Shown piece by piece: positions 26,007 to 35,376 of a stretch of DNA of 64,000 nt. A program made the position numbers and the translations under genes. This DNA comes from Selaginella moellendorffii (lineage: Eukaryota; Plantae; Lycopodiophyta), in NCBI RefSeq assembly GCF_000143415.4, contig NW_003314286.1, positions 1,089,643 to 1,153,642 of the forward strand, read 5' to 3'. Position 1 is the first letter of the stretch. The number at the start of each line of letters is the position of its first letter. The notes below the pieces were generated by a model. That model saw nothing but the letters and a program-made list of their open reading frames with translations, searched no databases and was not told where the DNA came from.

Positions 26007-26901
26007 GGTGTGGCTTGGTCAAGGTGACTAAGTGGGAAGGACACCTAAAGGGAAATTAATTGTGCCAATACGATAGTATAGTAAGTCCATGAAAGTAGTC
26101 TTTAAGAGAGACTCATGGGAGGGTTGCAAAGTTGGGCCGTGGATTGAGCCCGTAGTAGAAAATGCTAAAGAGACCTTTTAGGGGTGAGCACCCTCTGGAC
26201 TTAGCAAGGTAGAGCCTTTGCCATGGAACCAAAAGGATACTTCGAAAATGGAAGTAGTGATTCTATGTTGTTCAGTGCAATAATCAACAGATAAAAGCAA
26301 AAAACTAGTGGCCAAGTGTGGGCTAAGGAGTTCATTGGAAGGAATCGAAATGGCAAAGTTAGACATGGAACACTAAGGTGTTAAATGCTAACGGCTTGTG
26401 AGAAAGGAAGTGTGCTTCTAAGGATAGATTCCCAAATACTCTAAGTTGGCAAAGGTGAAAGCTCCAAGGGAGGGAGCTGTAAAGTAGCCAAATGATAGAG
26501 TTGTGGACAGCTTTAGCACAACTTACAATAGCTGGAACTTAGTGCCAAAGGTGGCATAAAATAGAAAGGAGGATGATAGTGCCCTCAAGTGGAGAACTTC
26601 CTAAGATAGGGAAGTGAAGTTACACAATATGTGCAAAGAAAGGTGTCAAAGACACCAAGGAAATTGACTTCGAAAAGTCAAAATTAAAAGTTCCAAAATG
26701 AACTAGTTATATCAATAGAAGTTGAGACTACTTGAGAATGACTAATGGGATTGAGCTAGAGAAGGTGTCTCTAATGAGTCTAGCAAAAGCTAAACCAATA
26801 AAAGGGAGAGAACCACCTGAGGCGGTCAAATGAGTCTTTATGTTGGAGACACTATGCTCCTTAAAGGTTGGACAAGGCATGGTGAGCTTTCGGTGTCAAA
26901 T

Positions 26902-27079
26902 TATAAGCAACCAAAGGAAACGACTCAAGAAATGATCCATAGGGGTTCAAATATAGAGGGAAAGGGCCCATGAATAAGAGTGCACCCCCTTTTCCAAATG
27001 GTTAAGGTCTTAGGATATTTAAGGTTAAACGTCCTTGGGTTTGGGTGACCTCTCGGGAAGTCCAAACTCAAGAGCTACA
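26902..27079 (+). mobile_element. Second 5S-containing short LTR, with an internal deletion in the 5S part
   Basis: Colinear with 23368-23552 (gggaaagggcccatgaataag, ggtgacctctcgggaagtccaaact); possible TSD CAAAT/CAAAC. Confidence 0.8.
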
Positions 27080-27199
27080 AACCATTGACGAATATTGGTT
27101 AGATGCCAAGGATGGAAAAGGTAATACATGCTAATGCTACTTTATAAAATGGTTTATTGTTTGATGAAGACATCAGACTTTGTCTATGGGTGGTGGAGT

Positions 27200-29161
27200 T
27201 GTGAGACACAAATCCCTAAGCCGAAAAGTGGAGCCGAGAAGTGGAGCCAAAAAGGTGCCACGTGGTAGTGGCCGAAGTGAATGCCAAACGAGTGTAACAT
27301 GTTTGGATTAAAAGCTCCGACTTGAAAGGTCGAGAGCGAGAATGGAACTCCCAATGAAATGCTCAAGGAACAAGCACAAAGCGAGCAATAAGTGAATCTG
27401 TAGAAAAGGGACACAAAAGGACTAACATATGACACGTGGAGGAGTCTGAGATGGAGTCCAAGATGGAGTTCGAGATAGAGTCTGAGATGGACCTGAGGCC
27501 AAGACTGAGGCCCAGCCCAAGCCCGAGTCTGAGTTCGAGTTTGCCACATGGTAGTGGCCAAAGCAAATGCCAAATGAGTGTAACACATTTGGACTAAAAG
27601 CTCCGACTTGAAAGGTCGAGAGCGAGAGTGGAACTCCCAATGAAATGCTCAATGAACAAGCACAAAGTGAGCAATAAGTGAATCTGTAGAAAAGGGACAC
27701 AAAAGGACTAACACATGACACGTGGAGGAGTCCAAGATGGAGTCCAAGATGGAGTCCGAGATGGAGTCTGAGATGGACCTGGGGTTGAGACCAAGGCCCA
27801 GCCCAAGCCCGAGTCTGAGTCTGAGTTTGCCACGTGGTAGTGGCCAAAGTGAATGCCAAATGAGTGTAACACGTTTGGACTAAAAGCTCCGACTTGAAAG
27901 GTCAAGAGCAAGAGTGGAACTCCCAATGAAATGCTCAATGAACAAGCACAAAGCAAGCAATAAGTGAGTCTATAGAAAAGGGACACAAGAGGACTAACAC
28001 ATGACACGTGGAGGAGTCCGAGATGGAGTCCAAGAAGGACCTGAGATGGAGTTCGAGATGGAGTCCAAGATGAATCCGAGATGGACCCGAGATGGACCCA
28101 AGGCCAAGACCGAGGCCGAGCCCAAGCCCGAGTCTGAGTCCGAGTCTGAGTCTGAGTTCGAGTTTGAGTCTGAAAGGGTGAAAGCCCAAAGCATTCTTCT
28201 CCCAAACCCTAAGGGGTTTGATGAGCTCCAAAAGTATAGTAGGGGGAAGACTCCAGTGGAGCTAGTTTGGCCAGGAAAGGCTAGTTTGGCCCAAGAAGGC
28301 TGTACCCAGGTGTTGGGTGATGGGATAACCATTGGGAGGTCCAATGCTAGAGTGAATACAAATTGTCAAGCGGGGTAGTTTGGTGAAGTGTTCAAGAGCC
28401 GGCCCGGGAGATTGAATGGTCGATGCTCCCAATCCAAGTGTGGGTAGAATTACCTACTTGGATACCTAGTATGGCTCAATGAAACCTCGCTCTAAGTCCA
28501 TGGCTAGAGCACCTAAAGGCGGAAAGCGGGGAAAGTACCCACGAGACTCGCATAAGGTTATGGTGTTCTAAAATGTTGTTCCAAAGTCCCAGACTGTAGA
28601 ATGGAAGAGGAGCAATCCTTTAGTGTAGTGACCAAGGATACGGTCATGTGGTGAGAAAGTCCTAGAGGACAATGGGACTTAGTGGTCGGGCCTGTGGACC
28701 TTGTCCTAGTGGCAGAGTAGGCAAACTCGGCCATAGACAAAAAAATGATTTAGTGGGGACTGTAAAAGGGATATTGGGGAAGGTGGTTTCCCCTGTCTGT
28801 AGGCATGTCAAGGATGCTAAGGAGTGGATCTTGGATGGTCACTCCTGGACGGATAGCCCAGTCGTTGAGAGACGGGACTACAATGCAGGTGGTGTTGGAC
28901 TACTGGTGGTACCAAGGTGAATGGGCATGGCCTTAGCATAATGAGTTGGTATATCGGTGGTACTTTGGGGTGTCAGTCTTGGGACCGAACACGTGAAACA
29001 CTTGAACCAAGTGCAAAGGATGAGTGGTATGGATGCCATTCTCGGGGCTAGCAAGTCCTAAGTCTTGAATTGGATTTAAGGATGTTGTGAATGGGACTCC
29101 TCCAAGTGGTCGGAGGTGTGGTTAAGTGACTAAAGTAGGATGAAAAAATTAATCGCTTACA
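27200..29161. mobile_element. Inverted second copy of the long LTR (~1.96 kb) with a ~286-bp subunit triplicated
   Basis: Reverse complement of 24495-26006 from end to end; subunits start at ~27256, 27542 and 27828; no matching TSD. Confidence 0.9.
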
Positions 29162-30383
29162 GTTTGGTGTGTGCCTATGGAGAGTATAGTTGAACCTTAA
29201 ATCTAATATAACCCAAGAAGGGGGATTTAAAGAGAATTTAAGATTCTATAGATGGAAGGCTAAAATTCCATTGTTCATGCAATGAATAATTGAATATAAA
29301 TAGGTTCAAATAAAAGTTGGTATAATAGATAAAAGAACTTAACTGAGGCTAAGGTAAAAGTGGTTAGATATATTAGTTAAGCTCGTAAATTAGAAAAAGA
29401 AAATTTATGGTCTACATTAGATTGAGTAGAAAGTTTATCCTTCATCACTACAATAAATTTGACAACAATATTATCAAGACCACGAAGAATATAATGACTT
29501 GGTAAGTTAGATATTATTAAGGAACTTTTATTGATTAGAATTAAAATTTTATAAGTAATCATACTTACAGACTTTCATCACTCTATTATCTTTAGCTATA
29601 TATTTTTAAAAAATATGCACAAATATAGAATAAAAACATATTATAGTAAAATGGATTCAAAAATAACATATGAAAAGTTTTGGTACTTTTTAGTAAGTGA
29701 TACTATCAATTATGTTTTTTGACATGCAGTAAAGAAATTTGTGGAATTTATGGACCAAAATAAAACACTGACCTACTTTTAATGTAGCATGTTTTTAACT
29801 AATCTACAAGTGAGATAAAATATCAAGTATATTAATCTTGTCAATACAGCTGGTGGGATATAGATTGGCAATAATACCATACATTTAAAGTAGTTTAATT
29901 TCTATATTTTGAATAAAATCTTGAATATTATCCTGATGCAATACCTTATAGTATATGAATAAATGAAATGACAAAAAAAAAGAAGCTTTAGAAAGTATCC
30001 CAAGAAAGAGTCTTTTACAAAACACCACATATTTGCCCATCGATGGGTAGTTATTCTAGCCCAGAGGTATGGCAGAGCACATTGGCTTGTTTTGATGTTC
30101 TTGAGAATCTAAAGTTTTTCATTCATTCGAAATAAAATAAAAGGAAGAAATGCATAATACAGTACCCCTCACTCTTATGTGGTTGCCCCTTTGCCACGCT
30201 CACTCCTCGCTTCCTCCGTGGCGCACTTAGTCACGCCCAGCTCTGCACCCTAAATGTTTAATGACTAACTCTAAATTAGTAATGTTAAACTTTAATTAGT
30301 AGATGTTGTTAATGGATATGTTAACGACTATAATTTTATAATTAGCCAGTGAATGAAAATTTATAAGTATATAACCTGAGTGG

Positions 30384-30791
30384 TTGAATCAATTGAACTT
30401 CACTCATTATATAGTCAACCACTCCCAGAATTTTATTGATCCCGTGACTGGAGTTTATACAAATCGTATTGAATCAACATGGAATGTAGTGAAAATATCC
30501 CTTCCTCGCTATGGTACAACAAAAGGATTATACAGCTCTTACTTTCAAAAATATATTTGGCAAAAAATATATATTGAAAGAAAGGAAGCTGCATTTAATA
30601 TTCTATGCAGTCATATTAAGCTATACAATCAAGATAATGCTATTATAGTAGAATAAATAATATATTTGATTTTTTACTTTTAAATACTTAAAAATATTTG
30701 AAAATAATATACTAGAACAATCTTTAATTTATAGTGATGAGGTGGCATGCGCATGTAAGCAATGAGGTGGCATGCGTATGTCAGCAAATCC
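30384..30791 (+). mobile_element. Merlin/IS1595 (ISXO2-like DDE) transposase C-terminal remnant plus probable right terminus
   Basis: HYIVNHSQNFIDPVTGVYTNRIESTWNVVK...YFQKYIWQ; two 25-bp tandem repeats (30737-30786) ending in AATCC, which reads GGATT on the minus strand. Confidence 0.8.
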
Positions 30792-30846
30792 AAATAAATT
30801 GTGCATTCTACCCAATTAAAATAAGCAACACAGCCTTTTAGGTTGG

Positions 30847-32015
30847 ATGGAGGGAGAAAAGAAGAGAGTGGTCTTGGTCACGGGAGCGTCGTCCGGGCTG
30901 GGCAAGGAATTCGCGATCGCGTTCGCGCGGCAGGGATCTTACCGGGTGGTGCTCGCGGCGCGCAGGACGCATCTGCTGGAATCGGTGTGCGAGGAGATCG
31001 GGCACCACGATGCCCGCTCTGTGGAGCTGGATGTGAGCGCAAACGAGAAATTTATCGATGCTGCCGTTGATCGGGCGTGGAATTGCTTTGGAGGTGTGGA
31101 TGTCCTCATCAACAATGCAGGCATTAGAGGCAACTCTTCAATCTCTTTCTCGCTCTCTTTCGAAAATATGAAAAGTTCTTGCTGGTTTTTTTGCTTGAAG
31201 ATTTTCAATCTCTTTTTTTCTCTTGACAACGTTCTTGGCTCCACCGAGGAAAAAAAGTGGCATTAGTTTCTCGAAAGTCCTTGCTTGAAGATTTTTCCCT
31301 TGAAGATTTCTTGCCAAGTGTTTTTCTTGAAGATTATGTGCCAAGTTCTTGGTTGACAACGTTCTTGCTTCTTTGGTGATAGTCTTTTTCTTAGCCAACT
31401 TTTTTCTTACGATAGTATTATTCTTTCTTTTTTTTGTCCTTCAGGGCCTGTAAAGTCGCCTCTGGAGCTGGACGAAGACGATTGGAACAAAACCTTTAAC
31501 ACGAACACGAGAGGTACATGGCTGGTTTCCAAGGCTGTCGCGAGGAGAATGGTGGCCGCCAAGAAACCCGGCTCGATCATCAACATCTCCTCCACTGCAT
31601 CATCCGGTGGCCTTCTTCCCGGCGGGATCGCCTACGCTTCATCCAAGGCCGCCATCAATCGCTTGACTCAGGTACCAGCTCCCTCCTTCCTCCCTGCTCG
31701 CGATTCTAAACGCCAGAGCACACACTCTTTCAGAGCATGGCCTTGGAGCTCGGCAAGTTTAAGATCCGAGTAAACGCCATCGCAGCTGGGATCTTTCGAT
31801 CCGAGATCACCGACAGCCTTCTCGACAAAGCCTGGGTCCACGACGCCGCGGCCAAGATCGTTCCGCTGCTCCGGTTTGGACAAGTATCTCCCGACTTGAC
31901 GTCTCTCGTGCTCATGCTTGCGAGCGAAGAACACTCGTCTTACATCACCGGCCAGATCTATCACGTCGATGGCGGTCACACTTTGCCTGGGATCCGACTC
32001 TGGTCATCTCTTTGA
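30847..32015 (+). CDS. Short-chain dehydrogenase/reductase with PTS1-like C-terminus (SSL), 3 exons, first intron GC-AG
   Basis: TGASSGLG, NNAGIRGPVK, YASSK, IRVNAIAAG, VDGGHTLPGIRLWSSL*. Confidence 0.92.
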
Positions 32016-32045
32016 ATTGATATGTTTGCGTCTTTCGTCCTTTTG

Positions 32046-33176
32046 TCAACGAGGTTGACCCACCGGTGAAGTGAGAATGAGAAAGGCTTGTAGGTGCTTG
32101 TTGAATTCCTTGGGCCTTTCCACTTGTGGAACGTGTCCTGTCTTTTCAATCACAACCAGCATCGCATTCTCACCTAAATGTCTGAAAAGAAGAGCAAGTG
32201 AGATCAGCACTGTAAGGAAAGAGACACTTGATTCTCAATCAATCAATCACTCACGCTTTTAGCTGTTTGGCGAGCTCCAGATCGAAGATCCGGTCGTGCG
32301 ATCCCACGAGAATCAAGACCTCCTGTTCAAGAGCAATGTAAGTGCTAGAGAAATGATTTCCAAGAGTGTGTCTTTGCCTGTGAGAGCTTTGGCAGCGGCT
32401 GCGCGGCTTCGGTGCCGATGACCAGGCCGTCGAGGAGCTCAATCCTCTCCTTCCTGTTGCCGCCATACACCTGGATCGAAGCACAGTCAACGCACGGGCA
32501 GCAAGAGTCAACGAGGATTGAACACGAAAGCCTTTACCTCCATGAGATCCCGGACGAAGAAATCTGGGAGCCACAAGCGCTTATAGAGGCAAAGCTGGAT
32601 GCTTTTCTTCTGGACCGCGATGGAGCTGGGCATGAGAACCTCGTGAATGTGCCTGGCCTGGAACGCGTCGAGGATCGCATCGTTGCTGTGGGGATCCATG
32701 CAAACGCCCGAGCTCGCGATCACTACCCTCTTCACGCGCGCCGGATCCAGCTCCGCCATCCGGAATGCCACGAATCCGCCGTAGCTCGTCCCCGCCACCG
32801 CCGCCCCGTCGACGCCCTCCGCCTCGAGGATTTCGAGCATACAGCGAGCCTGGAAGAACTCGGACCGCGCGCGCTCGTCGCTGGTGGTCGATCCGCCAAA
32901 GAAGACGAGATCGGGCACGTAGAGCGCGAAATTTCGGGACAGATCGGGCAGCTGATGCTCCCACCCGGCGATCCCGTTGGCCGCGAAGCCGTGGATGAGC
33001 ATGAGCGGCGGCTTGGAGGGATCGTAGCCCGGGCTCGCGCGATCGGGCACCCAGCAGCGCATTACCGTGACGGAATCGCGCAAGGGGAACGTCTTTTCGA
33101 TCAATCCCAAGCTCCGGCAGCGCTTCTCCAGCCGGCGTAGCATCGATCGAACGAGCGAGAAGCCGAAGCACGCCAT
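32046..33176 (-). CDS. Alpha/beta hydrolase (ABHD6-like plant family)
   Basis: LIHGF, VPDLVFFGGS, GTSYGG nucleophile elbow, later exons with LILVGSHDRIF and TGHVPQVE. Confidence 0.9.
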
Positions 33177-33277
33177 TACCCTATAATCCTTCTCTTCTGA
33201 AGGTTCGAGAACCTTAAATACATTGTGAAGCATAGAATATGCTTATTTCGAGCAAGGAATATGCTTCTAGGATTAGG

Positions 33278-35245
33278 TTAAGATCGCGCCCACGCGCCAA
33301 GCAGGGCAGTGCGCGCGGCGTCGCCCGGGACGAAGGGCATGGCGAGGAGGAGCTCGCGGGCCTCGTCCAGGCGGCCACAGCGAGCTAGGAGATCCACCGC
33401 GCACGCCCATTGATCCTCGCGCGGCACCACGCCGAAGTCGCCGGTGATGAGCTTCCAGCAGTGGAATCCCCGGTGGAGATCGCCGGTGTGGCTGCACGAG
33501 AGGAGGAGGAGGCTGAAGACGATGGGATCGAGCGAGAGTCCCTCCACCGCCAGGGAATGCAGCGCTGCCGGGTCGAGGGCGGCGCCGCTGCGAGAGCGCG
33601 CGTCCAAGGCGCAGCTCCACGCGACTGGATCGGGCGAGATCTTCTGGGAGAGCTCTAGGGCTTCGGCGATTCCGCCGCAGCGGCCATAGGCGCTGATGAG
33701 CGAGGCAAGCACGGCGGGCAGGGAGTCTAGGCCGGTACCCTGGATGCTCGAGTGGATCGTCTTGGCGATGGCGAGCGAGGAGATTTGGGCGCAAGCGTCG
33801 AGGGCTGCGAGCACCGTTGCTTCGTTTGGTGTCACTCCCTCGATCGCCATTCCCCGCAAGAGGCCGAGCGCGCGGCAGGGATCTCCGCTGGAAGTGAATG
33901 CTGCGATCATCGTGTTCCAGGAGATCGTGTCTCTTTGATCCATGCTGTGAAAGAGGGCTATGGCGGTATCGAGCGATCCGTGCTGGGCATACGCCGCGAT
34001 CATCGTGTTTCGCGACGCAGTGTCCTCTACCGGTCGATCCTGGAGGAGAGATTGGGCAGCGAGGAGATACCCTCTCTGAGCATACGCGGCGATCATTGCA
34101 TTCCAGGAGATCGCGCTGCGCTCCGGCATCTGATTGAAGAGCGATCTGGCGTCGTGCAATCGATCGCCGTGCGCGAGGGCGGAGATCATGAGCGTGTAGG
34201 CGACGATGTTTCTGTGTGGCATTCGATCGAAGAAAACCTCAGCGGTGGCTAGATCTCCCTCGCGGGCGTGCGCGGACGCCATGGCCGTCCACGAGATGAC
34301 GTTCTTGTGCTGGATCGCGTGGAAAATCTCTCGCGCGGAGTCGAGAGCACTGAGATTTCCGTACGCGGTGAGCGTGATGTTGGAGGAGGTCGCGTCCCAG
34401 CAAGGCATTCGCAGGTAGCACTGGATCGCGAGGTGGAGCTCGCCCCTCTGGGCGATGGCTTCGAGCAGCGAGATCCATGACCAGGAGCTTCGATCTGGAA
34501 CAAGGGAATCGAATGCTTCTGTGATTGCATGCCTTGTTCTTTCGGGATCTCGAGCTAGAGCAGAGACGATTGCTGTGCTTGAGATCATGTCCCAGATCGG
34601 CATCAAATCAAAGACAGCCTTCGCGCCCGCGAATTTCTCCCCGGCCTGGATCATCTGGCTCCAGGACGCGATGTTACGCTGCGGGCAAGATTCGAAGAGA
34701 AATCTCGCGTCCTGGCAGCGATCTTCCCGAATTGCAGCCGCGATCATCGAGTTCCAAGTGAGAGTGGTGTGCTGGGGCATGCGATCGAAGAGATCTTGGC
34801 ACTCCTTGCGATGCCCTTGCTGGGCAAATGCGGTCGCCATAGCGTTCCAAGAAACCATACCCCTAGAGGGCATACAATCGAATATCCGCTTGGCGGTGTG
34901 TATATTCCCGGCTTGGGCATATGCCGTGCACATTGTGGTCCACGTCACCTCGTCCCACGCAGGCATATTGTCCACCACGCGCTCGGCATCTTCCAGATCC
35001 CTATTCCCGGCATATGCCTGTAGGAGGGAGTTCCAGGTTCGAATATCTCGAGCGCCGGCGCGGTCGAAAGCCATTGCGGCCTCATCCAACCGTCCGTGCT
35101 GGCCAAGTGCCATGATAATGGCCGTCGATGCCACTGCATCCCTCTCGGGCATTTTCTCGTAGAGCGCTAGTGCGGTGGGGAGGTCTCTGTTCCTGACGAG
35201 CAAAGCGATGGAAATATTCCAAGAGATTATATTCCTTGGGCGCAT
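33278..35245 (-). CDS. PLS-class pentatricopeptide repeat protein, mostly 31-aa SS motifs, ending early in the E region
   Basis: Tandem (R/K)xxxSWNxMIxAY...A..LF..MP repeats, then CSHTG, CAVDLLARCGRLDEA, MPFVP, ALLGAW; intronless. The start may extend to 35302. Confidence 0.9.
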   Translation of the reverse strand: MRPRNIISWNISIALLVRNRDLPTALALYEKMPERDAVASTAIIMALGQHGRLDEAAMAFDRAGARDIRTWNSLLQAYAGNRDLEDAERVVDNMPAWDEVTWTTMCTAYAQAGNIHTAKRIFDCMPSRGMVSWNAMATAFAQQGHRKECQDLFDRMPQHTTLTWNSMIAAAIREDRCQDARFLFESCPQRNIASWSQMIQAGEKFAGAKAVFDLMPIWDMISSTAIVSALARDPERTRHAITEAFDSLVPDRSSWSWISLLEAIAQRGELHLAIQCYLRMPCWDATSSNITLTAYGNLSALDSAREIFHAIQHKNVISWTAMASAHAREGDLATAEVFFDRMPHRNIVAYTLMISALAHGDRLHDARSLFNQMPERSAISWNAMIAAYAQRGYLLAAQSLLQDRPVEDTASRNTMIAAYAQHGSLDTAIALFHSMDQRDTISWNTMIAAFTSSGDPCRALGLLRGMAIEGVTPNEATVLAALDACAQISSLAIAKTIHSSIQGTGLDSLPAVLASLISAYGRCGGIAEALELSQKISPDPVAWSCALDARSRSGAALDPAALHSLAVEGLSLDPIVFSLLLLSCSHTGDLHRGFHCWKLITGDFGVVPREDQWACAVDLLARCGRLDEARELLLAMPFVPGDAARTALLGAWARS

Positions 35246-35376
35246 AAATGGATCAATGATCTCTGGGTGGATGATCTCGATATGTGTGAGCGGGATTTTC
35301 AAAATGTGGAGCTAGGGTTTAATGATCTGACACGGGCGGCGGTGTGTGAGAGAGTGGCTGCAATCCAGAAGAAGCG

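Noticed and set aside
24495-29161. One giant TIR/foldback DNA transposon
   Set aside because: The left arm has its own perfect 5-bp TSD and TG..CA ends, so it is an independent solo LTR; the outer flanks do not match.
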